DNA of 64,000 bases from Candidatus Moranbacteria bacterium RIFOXYB1_FULL_43_19 (GTDB lineage: Bacteria > Patescibacteriota > Minisyncoccia > Moranbacterales > UBA11712), in the NCBI GenBank assembly GCA_001784875.1, contig MFSH01000015.1:47933-111932 (forward strand), in the 5' to 3' direction. Numbering within the stretch: the stretch's first letter is position 1; the number at the start of each line of letters is the position of its first letter. Positions 10,036 to 20,065 of the stretch are shown one piece after another. The translations under genes and the position numbers were made by a program. The notes under the pieces were generated by a model, which was not told the origin of the DNA, did no database searches, and was given only the letters and a program-made list of their open reading frames with translations.

Positions 10036-10163
10036 ATAGCCCAAGCAGAACCTTCATGTTTGAATCTCGTCTGCCTGAAAATTTTGCGCTAACTTCGCGG
10101 TAGTGCTAAAATAACGAAAAGAATAAAACGCCTTCAGGGGTGGTTTTATTATTAGAAAAATCA

Positions 10164-11594
10164 ATGCCTAGAAAAATTCTCTCTAAAATAAAAAAATCCC
10201 TTTATGCCATTCCCTTCGAAGATGATATCCAGCACACGAGGCACAAAGCAAATGGAGGGAAAGGTAAAAAAGACATTCTGGTCCACAATGTTCCCTTTCT
10301 TTTCACCTGCGACGAAACAGACAAACTGCAATGCCTACAAAATTATTCAATTGTGATTTCAAATGGAATCATTCAAGAGGTTCTTCCGGCAAAAAAAGTC
10401 AATCCTGGAAATTATAATCTTGTTTATGAGGCCGGAATGCGGGGAGGAATTGTCGTCACGCCGGGACTTATCAATGCGCACGCCCATCCGCCAATGTATT
10501 TGATGCGCTCGGCTATGATGCTCGACGAAGGAGAATCAATCGATGAAACAATTGCCGCTATGCCAAAATGGGAACGTTCAATGACTGACGAAGACTACAC
10601 CTTTTCTGCCATAGGCGACATAACGGAACAGCAAAAAGCAGGGATCACTACGACCCTTAGCCATTTTGCGGTCTATTGGCCCATTGAACTGGCAACCCGG
10701 GCGACAAAACACAATATGATCAATGCAGTGAGCGTGGCTTCAAATACCCATCCGGAAAATTCTCCCGCGCTTATCCGCAATATATTGAATATACAGGAAG
10801 CTCCGCCCGAATCACAGTTGGCCATCGCGCTCCATTATGTCCATCGGGCGAACGCCAAGATTCTCAAAGAGGTGAAAAAACTGCAATCGGAGCACAATCT
10901 TTTGTTTACCTGCCATATGGCGGAGAGTGAAAGAGTAGCCAGAAAATGCGTCGCGCTTCACGGAAAAAGGGAAGTGGAAATGCTAAAGAGCCACGGACTT
11001 CTCACAAACAAAACTATAGCGTCTCATTCAATATACGTGACAGAAAATGAAATAAAAAAACTGGTGAAGAATAGAGTCGGCATTGTTCACCTTCCGACCT
11101 CGAATGCAATTCATAAAAGCGGCACCTTCCCCCTTTGGAAATTCATTGACGTGGCTGGAAACTCATATGTCGCGCTCGGGACGGATGGCGTAGTTTCAAA
11201 AAGCCGCCTGGATCTTCTCTCTGAAGCCTACCAGACAAGAATCACCCATCTATATTCCCGGACAGTGAAATTCGGCTCCCTTTTCAAAATGATGACGATG
11301 AATGCGGCGCGGACGCTCAATATGCCTGATCGGGGAAAAATCCTGCCAGGAATGAAAGCTGATCTTGCCTTTTGGAAACTCAAAGACCGGGGCTTTATTC
11401 CGTTTGATGAAAAAAATCCAATGACGCTTCTTGGAAACCTCATCACGCACGGAGGCCGGGCAGTGAGGGATCTGATGATAAACGGAGATTTTGTCGTGAA
11501 AAGCCGCCGGCACACAAAGATCAATGAAAGCAAGCTTCTGGCCGTTCTTCAGAAAAAGCATATAGCGATGCGAAAAAGAGTAGGTAAAAAATAA
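10164..11594 (+). CDS. Amidohydrolase family protein (MTA/SAH or nucleoside deaminase-like)
   Basis: PGLINAHAH, HMAE, SHS, ALGTDG, GKILPGMKADL. Confidence 0.85.
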   Translation: MPRKILSKIKKSLYAIPFEDDIQHTRHKANGGKGKKDILVHNVPFLFTCDETDKLQCLQNYSIVISNGIIQEVLPAKKVNPGNYNLVYEAGMRGGIVVTPGLINAHAHPPMYLMRSAMMLDEGESIDETIAAMPKWERSMTDEDYTFSAIGDITEQQKAGITTTLSHFAVYWPIELATRATKHNMINAVSVASNTHPENSPALIRNILNIQEAPPESQLAIALHYVHRANAKILKEVKKLQSEHNLLFTCHMAESERVARKCVALHGKREVEMLKSHGLLTNKTIASHSIYVTENEIKKLVKNRVGIVHLPTSNAIHKSGTFPLWKFIDVAGNSYVALGTDGVVSKSRLDLLSEAYQTRITHLYSRTVKFGSLFKMMTMNAARTLNMPDRGKILPGMKADLAFWKLKDRGFIPFDEKNPMTLLGNLITHGGRAVRDLMINGDFVVKSRRHTKINESKLLAVLQKKHIAMRKRVGKK

Positions 11595-11669
11595 GTTGCC
11601 AGCCTCATTTTCTCAAATTACATGTTTCTAAAACTAGACTTTTTCCTTTTTTTTATGTAGATTATAATT

Positions 11670-12689
11670 GTGGCTAAAGAGAATATAGACGGAATAAAAA
11701 CCAAGTTTCTTGAAGAAATATGCAACTCTCAAACCGAGAAGGATCTTTATTTTGTCAAAGTGAAATACGTTGGCCGGAGTGGGGAGCTCACAAAAATTCT
11801 CAAAAACCTCAAGAATTTGCCGGCAGAAGAGCGAAAAAAAATTGGGCCGCCGGCCAATCAAGCTCGTCAGGAAATTGAAAAGGCTTACGAAAAAAGAAAA
11901 AAAGAATTGACCAATCAGATTGATTGGGAAAAAGAAAAAATAGATGTCACCTTGCCCGGAAAAAAAGCTGAAATTGGCAGCTTGCATCCGATAACTATCG
12001 TCTATCGGGAAATTGAAAAAATATTTTCCTCGATGGGGTTTGAAATTGTCGAAGGGCCGGAACTGGAAACCGAATGGTATAATTTTGATTCATTGAATAT
12101 TCCAGCAGACCATCCTGCCCGGGACGAGTGGGACACGTTTTGGATAAAATCAAAAGAAAAATTTGTTTTGCGGACACATACATCGCCTGTTCAGATGCGT
12201 TACATGCAAAAACACAAACCGCCTTTTCAAATCATTGCTCCAGGACGATGTTTCCGACGTGAGGCTACTGATGCGGCCCACGAACACACGTTCCATCAAT
12301 TTGAGGCACTTGTGGTAGGCAAAGATATAAATGTCGGTCATTTTAAGCATATTGCATCTCAATTCTTTTCCGCCTTTTTCGGACAAGATATTAATATCAG
12401 AATTCGGCCAACATTCTTTCCATTTGTTGAACCCGGCTTTGAATTTGATATAAGTTGTACTGTATGTAAAGGCAAAGGTTGTCCGTCGTGCAAAAATGGC
12501 GGTTGGCTTGAGATCGGCGGTGCGGGAATGGTCAATCAAAATGTTTTTGTGGCGGCCGGCTATCCACGGAACCGATACCAGGGTTTTGCCTGGGGATTTG
12601 GAATTGAGCGCCTGGCAATGATGAAATATAGAATCGACCATATCCATTGGTTCGAAAGCGGAGATTTGAGGTTTATAAAGCAATTCTAA
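11670..12689 (+). CDS. pheS: Phenylalanyl-tRNA synthetase alpha subunit
   Basis: HPAR, LRTHTSPVQ, FPFVEP, GFAWGFGIERLAM. Confidence 0.99.
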   Translation: MAKENIDGIKTKFLEEICNSQTEKDLYFVKVKYVGRSGELTKILKNLKNLPAEERKKIGPPANQARQEIEKAYEKRKKELTNQIDWEKEKIDVTLPGKKAEIGSLHPITIVYREIEKIFSSMGFEIVEGPELETEWYNFDSLNIPADHPARDEWDTFWIKSKEKFVLRTHTSPVQMRYMQKHKPPFQIIAPGRCFRREATDAAHEHTFHQFEALVVGKDINVGHFKHIASQFFSAFFGQDINIRIRPTFFPFVEPGFEFDISCTVCKGKGCPSCKNGGWLEIGGAGMVNQNVFVAAGYPRNRYQGFAWGFGIERLAMMKYRIDHIHWFESGDLRFIKQF

Positions 12690-12724
12690 ATTTTTTGAAT
12701 AATAAATTAATTTAAAATAATATA

Positions 12725-13000
12725 CTGAATATTTTTGAAAAGATCCTAGGGAAAAAAGAAAAACCTGAAGAAATAATTTCAGAGCCTTCTTTAGAAAATT
12801 TAGTCAACGCTATATCATCAGAAGATCTAAAAAAGGAATTTATTAGCCTTGTAAAGGAATTAGGCGGGGAAGCGGGGTATCCAGATTTTTATAAAGGAAA
12901 TTATGACAAATTAACTCCAGAACAAAGAAGATACAATGAAATCCTTCAAATAGCAAAAAAGGAATACTATGGGGTTGGGGAAGAAGGATATGGTCAATAA
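12725..13000 (+). CDS. Small hypothetical protein with non-canonical (CTG or ATA) start, or pseudogene
   Basis: 91-codon open frame LNIFEKILGKKEKPEE...EEGYGQ filling the pheS-pheT gap; absent from the ORF track. Confidence 0.5.
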   Translation: MNIFEKILGKKEKPEEIISEPSLENLVNAISSEDLKKEFISLVKELGGEAGYPDFYKGNYDKLTPEQRRYNEILQIAKKEYYGVGEEGYGQ

Positions 13001-13033
13001 TAAACATTGAAAAAGTTTGCAAGATAGATCATT

Positions 13034-15082
13034 ATGAAATATTCCTACACTTGGCTGAAAGAATTGTCCAAAACCAAAAAAACGCCCAAACAACTGGCGG
13101 AGCTTTTGACCATGCGCGCTTTTGAATTTGAAGGATCTCAAACTGAAGAGAAAGAAACCCAGATGGAATTTTCAATTCTTCCTAACCGGGGTCATGATGT
13201 CCTTTCTCACATCGGGATGGCGAGGGAAATTTGCGCTTGTGAAGGTCGGAACTTTATCCTAAAGGAAACCTTTAGGCATTTTCTAAAGGTTTCCTTTAGG
13301 AAGAACTTTAGGAAGAAATTTATAGTTGAAATAAAGGACAAAAAACTTTGCCCGCGATATATAGGAGCGGTTTTGGAAAATATCAAAGTCGGTCCTTCTC
13401 CGAAATGGGTGCGGGAAAGACTGCTGGTTTGCGGAGTGAAGCCAATAAACAATATTGTTGATGTCACAAATTATGTGATGCTTGAGACGGGACAACCATT
13501 GCACGCTTTTGATGAATCGATGATCAATGATCAAGGATCAAGGATCAAGATTATTGTTAGGCGAGCGAAAAAAGGGGAGGAGATAAAATTGCTCGATGAA
13601 ATGACTCATAAACTTCGCGATAACGATTTAGTCATTGCCGATTCAGGAAAAGCGCTGGCTCTCGCTGGTGTGATAGGTGGGTTTGATTCTTCGATAACCA
13701 GCAAAACGACGTCGATTATTCTTGAGTCAGCTAATTTCAATTCGACGAGCATCAGAAAAACGAGAACGGCGCATAATCTTATCACCGAATCGTCACACCG
13801 CTTCGAGCGCGAGATTGACCGGAAGCTGGCAGAGGTTGGTATAGCGCGGGCAGTTGAATTGATAAAGGAAATTTGCGGCAAAAATGTCGAGATTGCTGCT
13901 ATGGCGGACGTTTATCCCAAAAAAGTGAAGCCGTGGCAGATAAAATTAAACTCGAGCCATGTATATAGTCTCTTGGGGGAAAATATTCCGGTATCAAAAA
14001 TGAGAAATATTCTTAAAAATCTTGATCTCAAAGTGCTTGGAAGTTCGGCTTCCAAGTTGAATGTAGAGATTCCGACTCGCCGGATTGATCTCAAGACTCA
14101 AGAAGATCTCATCGAAGAAATTGGCCGAATTTATGGCTATGAAAATATCAAGGAGCAAGTGCCGGTCGTCGAAGTGAAGACTCTGCCTCAAAACACGAAA
14201 AGAAATTTTGAAAATAAACTGCGCGATATTTTGATTGGGCTTGGATTTTCAGAAGTTATGAATTACGCGTTTTACTCAAAAGAAGATATTGAAAAATGTA
14301 ATTTGAGAATTGAAGACCACATCGAAGTGGCGAATCCCTTGAGTCTGGACCAGCAATTTCTGCGGAGAAACTTGATCTCCAATCTTCTTAAAAACGTGAA
14401 ATTAAATCTGAAAAATCTTCCGAAAGTCCAAATATTTGAGATTGGCAAAAAATTCCGGAACAACAAAGGAAGGTTTTTGGAATATGACCATTTAGCGGGA
14501 GTATTCGTTGATAGTTTGTCAAAAAACACCCCCTTTTTTGAGCTTAAAGGAAAGGTTGAGGCATTATTGAGAAATTTTGGATATCAAAATGTTAAGTATG
14601 AGGCTCTGACGAATTCTGAAATGAAATTCTGGCACCAAAACCGAACAGCCAGAATGCTGATCGATAATCAGGAAATTGGAAAAGTCGGAGAGATTAACCC
14701 TCAAATTCTCGAGAATTATGGCATTAAAAAACGAGTGGCGGTTTTCGGTATCAAAATTTCTGTTTTACTGGAAATGAAATTGCCCGAAAAACACTACAAA
14801 CCAATCAGCAAATTTCCGATCGTGGAACGTGATATTTCAATGTTTGTTGGTAAAAACACAAAATATGCTGACATAGTTTCAAATATTCGAAAAAACGGAA
14901 GCAGTCTCGTGAAAAATGTCAATCTTTTTGATGTTTTCAAAAATGAAGGCGAAAAAAGTCTGGCGCTGCGCCTCAAAATCGGCTCCGAGGCAAAAACTTT
15001 GACTTCCGCCGAAATTGACACCGCGATGAAAAAAATTACCTCCGCGCTGGAGAAAAATTTGAGGGTAAGAGTGAGAAAATAA
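13034..15082 (+). CDS. pheT: Phenylalanyl-tRNA synthetase beta subunit lacking the B2 OB domain
   Basis: PNRGHD, NNIVDVTNYVMLETGQPLHAFD, DLIEEIGRIYGY, FDX-ACB C-terminus. Confidence 0.97.
   Translation: MKYSYTWLKELSKTKKTPKQLAELLTMRAFEFEGSQTEEKETQMEFSILPNRGHDVLSHIGMAREICACEGRNFILKETFRHFLKVSFRKNFRKKFIVEIKDKKLCPRYIGAVLENIKVGPSPKWVRERLLVCGVKPINNIVDVTNYVMLETGQPLHAFDESMINDQGSRIKIIVRRAKKGEEIKLLDEMTHKLRDNDLVIADSGKALALAGVIGGFDSSITSKTTSIILESANFNSTSIRKTRTAHNLITESSHRFEREIDRKLAEVGIARAVELIKEICGKNVEIAAMADVYPKKVKPWQIKLNSSHVYSLLGENIPVSKMRNILKNLDLKVLGSSASKLNVEIPTRRIDLKTQEDLIEEIGRIYGYENIKEQVPVVEVKTLPQNTKRNFENKLRDILIGLGFSEVMNYAFYSKEDIEKCNLRIEDHIEVANPLSLDQQFLRRNLISNLLKNVKLNLKNLPKVQIFEIGKKFRNNKGRFLEYDHLAGVFVDSLSKNTPFFELKGKVEALLRNFGYQNVKYEALTNSEMKFWHQNRTARMLIDNQEIGKVGEINPQILENYGIKKRVAVFGIKISVLLEMKLPEKHYKPISKFPIVERDISMFVGKNTKYADIVSNIRKNGSSLVKNVNLFDVFKNEGEKSLALRLKIGSEAKTLTSAEIDTAMKKITSALEKNLRVRVRK
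13258..13317. repeat. REP-like double palindrome in frame in pheT
   Basis: CCTAAAGGAAACCTTTAG-GCATTTT-CTAAAGGTTTCCTTTAGG, plus 12-bp tandem CTTTAGGAAGAA x2. Confidence 0.8.
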
Positions 15083-15083
15083 A

Positions 15084-15410
15084 ATGGAAAAATACTATCA
15101 AGCGATCGCTGATTTCCACAAAAAATATAAAATGAAAGGCACGAATAACGAAGATATGACCTTTCGACTAAACCTTTTGATTGAGGAATTAGGTGAATTG
15201 GCGCAAGCCGTAACAAAAGGGAAATTAAGAAAAGAAGTTATCGAAGAAAATATAGATCTTTTGAATTTAGTTATCGGAAATTTTGTCAGCCTTGGCGCAG
15301 GATTGGATGAGATCGATAAAGCCTTTTGGGAAAAACACGAAAAAATTATGAACCGAAAGAAAAAGAAGCTAAAAAGTGGAAAATACAGAGTTTCGGAATT
15401 TAGGAAATAG
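15084..15410 (+). CDS. MazG-like NTP pyrophosphohydrolase
   Basis: LIEELGELAQA...EENIDLL all-alpha NTP-PPase motif. Confidence 0.85.
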   Translation: MEKYYQAIADFHKKYKMKGTNNEDMTFRLNLLIEELGELAQAVTKGKLRKEVIEENIDLLNLVIGNFVSLGAGLDEIDKAFWEKHEKIMNRKKKKLKSGKYRVSEFRK

Positions 15411-15418
15411 AAGTTTTT

Positions 15419-17878
15419 ATGTCCAAAGAAATCTCCAAGCGCTACAACCCAACTGAAACCGAGCCGAAATGGCTGAAGTTTTGGGAGAAAGAAGGAATAT
15501 ACAAATATAATCCCCGCGCCAAAGGGGAGGTTTTTTCAATTGACACGCCGCCGCCGACAGTGAGCGGTAAAATGCACATCGGCCATGTGTATTCGTATAC
15601 CCACGAAGATTTCATCGCGAGATACCAAAAAATGGCCGGACGGAACGTTTTGTTTCCTTTTGGGACGGACGACAATGGCCTGCCGACTGAAAGACTGGTA
15701 GAAAAACTGAAAAAAGTCCGAGCCAGCAAAATGAAGCGCCAGGATTTCATTGATCTTTGCAATGAAACCCTGAAAGAAATCACCCCTGATTTCGTCGCGG
15801 ACTGGAAAAAAATCGGGATGTCCTGTGATTTTTCCCGTGTTTATTCGACGATCGACGACGATTGCCGCCGTACGAGCCAAAAGTTTTTTATCGATTTATA
15901 CAAAAAACAAAAAGTCTACCGCCAGGACGCGCCGGTGGTCTGGTGCCCGCACTGCCAAACGGCGATAGCCCAAGCCGAACTCGAAGATAAGGAAGCGGAA
16001 ACTTATTTCAATGACATCGTTTTCGAATTGCCGACTAATCTGCCTGCCGGCAGTAAGAAAAACAATCTTGTCATCGCTACAACCCGCCCGGAGCTACTTT
16101 CCAGCTGCGTGGCAATTTTTGTGCATCCGAGTGACAAAAGATACAGAAACCTTGTCGGAAAAAAAGCCCAAGTTCCGATTTTTGGAAATCGTGTCGAAAT
16201 TATATCCGACAAAAAGGTGGACATGAAAAAAGGCAGCGGAGCAGTGATGTGCTGCACCTTCGGGGATAAAACGGATGTCGAATGGTTCAAAGAATACAAA
16301 TTGACTCTCGCAATGTCGCTTGACAAAGCTGGAAGGATGACCGAAAAAGCGAAAAAATACGCTGGCCTTTCCGCAAAAGATGCCCGGCATGAAATCATTG
16401 AAGATCTCAAAAAGAAAAAATTACTCATCGGGCAGAAAAAAATAACCCACACGCTCAATGTTCATGAGCGCTGCAAAACAGAAGTGGAGATTCTCAACTC
16501 CGAGCAGTGGTATGTCAGAGTTTTGGATCAAAAGAAAAAGCTTATCCAGTTGGGAGAAGAGATAAAGTGGCATCCCGAATTCATGCAGACGCGTCTTGGT
16601 AACTGGATAAAAGGACTCAACTGGGACTGGTGCATTTCCCGTCAACGCTTTTTCGGGATTCCATTTCCGGTTTGGTATTGCGTGAAATGCGGAGAAGCGA
16701 AAATGGCAGATGAAAAAGACTTGCCGGTGGATCCGCTCTCCGCGAATCCAAAAGGAAAATGTGAAAAATGCGGCGGATCGAAATTTATTCCCGAGCATGA
16801 TGTGATGGACACGTGGGCGACGAGCTCTCTTTCTCCCGTGCTCGCTTTACATCTGTTTTATAAAGAAAAAGACGTAGAAAAAATGATTCCGATGAATTTA
16901 CGGCCGCAAGCCCACGATATTATATCTACCTGGCTATTCTATACCGTTGTCCGCTCAAATTATCACTTTGAAAAAATTCCCTGGACCGAAGTGATGATTT
17001 CCGGGCATGTTCTTGATTCCGCCGGCCGGAAAATGTCTAAAAGCCTCGGAAATGTGGTTGCGCCGCAGGAAATTCTTGAAAAATACGGAGCGGATGCTCT
17101 GCGTTTTTGGGCGGCTGGAAGAAGCCTGGGGCAAAACATCAATTTTTCCGAAGAGGAAATCCAGGCGGGGAAGAAATTTTTGACGAAACTTTGGAACGCG
17201 ACAAGATTTGTGATGATGAATATTAATCCTCGCGATTTGAGAGCGAATGAAAAGCGAATTGGAACGAATAGCCTGTATCCTACAGATAAGTGGATTTTGG
17301 CGGAATTGGAGGTATTGGTCGCGACAGCCACAAAGAGTTTTGAAAATTATGATTATTCTTCTTCAAAGCTTGCAATCGAAAAATTTTTCTGGCTGAAACT
17401 TGCCGACAATTATATCGAAATTGTGAAAAATAGATTATATGACGAAAGCCCGAAAGGGAAAAAAGGGCGCGAGTCAGCCCAGTTCACGCTATATTCAGTA
17501 TTGTTCACGCTTTTGCGGCTCCTGGCGCCGTTTATACCATTTGCGTCCGAAGAAATATATCAAACTTTTTTCAAAAGTGCCAAATGCGCAAAATCAATCC
17601 ACCTTTGCGGTTGGCCGGAAACTGACAAGAAACTGGCTGACAAGGAAAAAATCAAAACCGGAAAAATCATCGTTGAAATCGTCGCCGCAATGCGAAAGCA
17701 CAAAGCCGAACGGGGGCTTTCGATGAAAGCGGAGCTTGAAAAGGTGGAAATCTTCTGCGACGCAATGACAAAAAAAGCCATCCAGGAAATAGAAAGTGAT
17801 TTGAAAGCAGTAGGGAACATTCGGAAAATAAATTTTATTGCAAAGAAAAACTCTAAACTTAGGATAGCAATCCAATAA
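15419..17878 (+). CDS. valS: Valyl-tRNA synthetase (type 2, archaeal-like)
   Basis: DTPPPTVSGKMHIGH, DWCISRQR, RPQAHDII, KMSKS. Confidence 0.97.
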   Translation: MSKEISKRYNPTETEPKWLKFWEKEGIYKYNPRAKGEVFSIDTPPPTVSGKMHIGHVYSYTHEDFIARYQKMAGRNVLFPFGTDDNGLPTERLVEKLKKVRASKMKRQDFIDLCNETLKEITPDFVADWKKIGMSCDFSRVYSTIDDDCRRTSQKFFIDLYKKQKVYRQDAPVVWCPHCQTAIAQAELEDKEAETYFNDIVFELPTNLPAGSKKNNLVIATTRPELLSSCVAIFVHPSDKRYRNLVGKKAQVPIFGNRVEIISDKKVDMKKGSGAVMCCTFGDKTDVEWFKEYKLTLAMSLDKAGRMTEKAKKYAGLSAKDARHEIIEDLKKKKLLIGQKKITHTLNVHERCKTEVEILNSEQWYVRVLDQKKKLIQLGEEIKWHPEFMQTRLGNWIKGLNWDWCISRQRFFGIPFPVWYCVKCGEAKMADEKDLPVDPLSANPKGKCEKCGGSKFIPEHDVMDTWATSSLSPVLALHLFYKEKDVEKMIPMNLRPQAHDIISTWLFYTVVRSNYHFEKIPWTEVMISGHVLDSAGRKMSKSLGNVVAPQEILEKYGADALRFWAAGRSLGQNINFSEEEIQAGKKFLTKLWNATRFVMMNINPRDLRANEKRIGTNSLYPTDKWILAELEVLVATATKSFENYDYSSSKLAIEKFFWLKLADNYIEIVKNRLYDESPKGKKGRESAQFTLYSVLFTLLRLLAPFIPFASEEIYQTFFKSAKCAKSIHLCGWPETDKKLADKEKIKTGKIIVEIVAAMRKHKAERGLSMKAELEKVEIFCDAMTKKAIQEIESDLKAVGNIRKINFIAKKNSKLRIAIQ

Positions 17879-17966
17879 ATCGTCTAATCTCTTAGAAAGC
17901 AAGGATAAACAATGTCAATTAAATATGCTATAGCAATTTTATTTGACATTATTCATTTGCGAAAAA

Positions 17967-18818
17967 ATGGGCAATAAAAGAAAAATCACCGTCGGAAAAA
18001 ATAGCGGTTTTTGTTTCGGAGTGAAAAGGGCATATGATCTGGCAAGTATGAATTCTTTTGATTGCGAAAAATTGCATATGCTGGGAAAGATGGTTCACAA
18101 CAATGATGTCTGCGCCAAACTCAAAAAAATGGGAATAAAGGAAATAAAGCGACTGTCCGATGTCAGGGACGGGGCAATAATTTTCACGGCGCATGGAGTC
18201 GGACCCGGTCTTTATGAAAAAGCCAACCGAAACGGATTGAGGATTATAGACACCACCTGTCCCAAAGTGATGAAAGCCCAGAGGTTGGCCCAAAATTTCA
18301 TCGAAAAAGGTTGGTGCGTGGTTATATTCGGTGACAAGCACCATAAAGAGGTGAAGGGGATCAAAGAATGGTCAAAAAACGAGGCAATCACTGCTGGATG
18401 CTTGAAAAATATCAAGAAAATAAAACTGGATAAAAAGAAAAAATACTGCCTGATTTCGCAGACAACTCAAAACGTTGCCGAATTCAAGAAAATAAAAGAA
18501 TATTTGTCAAAAAAACTGCCAAATTTTTTATCTTTTAACACTATCTGTGATTCAACCGACAACCGGCAAAACGAAATCCGGAAATTAGCGAAAAAAAACG
18601 ACGCGGTGATCGTGATCGGCGGCCGCGACAGCGCGAACACCAAAAGGCTTTTTGAGATAGCAAATTCCATAAATCCAAATTCATACTTAATCGAAAACGA
18701 AAAAGGACTCAGAAAATCTTGGTTCACCGGCGCAAAGAAGATCGCCATTTCGGCCGGAGCATCGACTCCAGAGTGGGTGATTCGAGCAGTGATTGATAAA
18801 ATTGCGAAAATAGATTAG
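17967..18818 (+). CDS. ispH: 4-hydroxy-3-methylbut-2-enyl diphosphate reductase
   Basis: GFCFGV, VHN, AHG, DTTCP, H.EV.G, SQTT, NTIC, SANT, AGASTP. Confidence 0.93.
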   Translation: MGNKRKITVGKNSGFCFGVKRAYDLASMNSFDCEKLHMLGKMVHNNDVCAKLKKMGIKEIKRLSDVRDGAIIFTAHGVGPGLYEKANRNGLRIIDTTCPKVMKAQRLAQNFIEKGWCVVIFGDKHHKEVKGIKEWSKNEAITAGCLKNIKKIKLDKKKKYCLISQTTQNVAEFKKIKEYLSKKLPNFLSFNTICDSTDNRQNEIRKLAKKNDAVIVIGGRDSANTKRLFEIANSINPNSYLIENEKGLRKSWFTGAKKIAISAGASTPEWVIRAVIDKIAKID

Positions 18819-18827
18819 TTTTATATC

Positions 18828-20054
18828 ATGCGGCAGTCCCAACTTTTCACTAAAACTCAAAAAAACGCGCCGGCGGGAGAAGTAAGCGCCAACGCCCAGT
18901 TTTTGACGCGCGGAGGTTTTGCCGACAAATTGATGGCGGGAGTCTATACGATTCTTCCCCTTGGCTTGAGAGTAATGAAAAAAATAGAAAACATTATTCG
19001 CGAGGAAATGGACGCTATCGGCGCTCAAGAATTTGAAATGCCGGCTCTTCATCCCAAAGAAAATTGGGAAAAAACGGGACGCTGGAACAAAATGGACGAC
19101 CTATATAAAGTGAAAGACTCAAGCGGACGTGAATTCGCGCTTGGGCCGACCCACGAGGAGGTGATCGCTCCGCTCATGAAAAAATTCTTGAATTCCTACA
19201 AAGACCTCCCGTTTGCCGCTTACCAGTTCCAGACCAAATTTCGGATGGAGCTTCGGGCCAAGTCCGGAATTTTGCGCGGACGGGAATTTTTGATGAAAGA
19301 CTTATACTCTTTTCATATCGAAGAAAATGACCTCGACGAATATTATGAAAAAGCCAAGGCAGCGTATAAAAAAGTTTTTGACCGGTGCGGAATCGGCCGC
19401 AAAACATATGTCACTTTCGCGTCCGGCGGGTCGTTTTCAAAATATTCGCACGAGTTCCAGACCGTGACAGCGGCCGGAGAAGACACAATCTATATTTGCG
19501 AAAAGTGCCAAAACGCCGTGAATAAGGAAATAAAGTCCGAAACTCCGGTTTGCCCAATTTGCGGCGGAAAAAAATTCAAAGTGGAAAAAGCGATCGAAGT
19601 CGGAAATATTTTCAAGCTGATGGACAGGTTTACGAAGCCCTTTGACTTGAAGGTGGCGGATAAAAAAGGAAAACCACAGATGCTTATCATGGGATGTTAT
19701 GGCATTGGCCTATCGCGCCTCTTGGGAACGATTGTCGAAGTCCACCACGACGAAAAAGGAATCATCTGGCCGGAAAGCGTTGCTCCGTTCAAAGTCCACT
19801 TGATCAGCCTTGGGAAAGGCAAAGAAGCGGAAGGAATATACAAAAATTTTTTGGCGAAAAATATCGAAGTTCTGTTCGACGACCGCGACGTTTCGGCGGG
19901 CGAAAAATTTGCCGATGCCGATCTTATCGGCATTCCCAGGCGTGTGGTTGTGAGCGAAAAATCCCTCGCAGGCGGGGGAGTGGAAGTGAAAAAAAGAGAC
20001 GAAAAAACAGGAAAAGTTATTCCCGAAAAGGAGATCATAGGCCTAATTCATTAA
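18828..20054 (+). CDS. proS: Prolyl-tRNA synthetase without INS editing domain
   Basis: LGPTHEE, RGREFLMKDLYSF, IEVGNIFKL, MGCYGIG; 408 aa. Confidence 0.97.
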   Translation: MRQSQLFTKTQKNAPAGEVSANAQFLTRGGFADKLMAGVYTILPLGLRVMKKIENIIREEMDAIGAQEFEMPALHPKENWEKTGRWNKMDDLYKVKDSSGREFALGPTHEEVIAPLMKKFLNSYKDLPFAAYQFQTKFRMELRAKSGILRGREFLMKDLYSFHIEENDLDEYYEKAKAAYKKVFDRCGIGRKTYVTFASGGSFSKYSHEFQTVTAAGEDTIYICEKCQNAVNKEIKSETPVCPICGGKKFKVEKAIEVGNIFKLMDRFTKPFDLKVADKKGKPQMLIMGCYGIGLSRLLGTIVEVHHDEKGIIWPESVAPFKVHLISLGKGKEAEGIYKNFLAKNIEVLFDDRDVSAGEKFADADLIGIPRRVVVSEKSLAGGGVEVKKRDEKTGKVIPEKEIIGLIH

Positions 20055-20065
20055 AGTAAAGAATC

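Noticed and set aside
10036-10163. Possible SAM/SAH/purine riboswitch upstream of the amidohydrolase
   Set aside because: Small hairpins are present but I could not match a riboswitch consensus by eye; needs an Rfam scan
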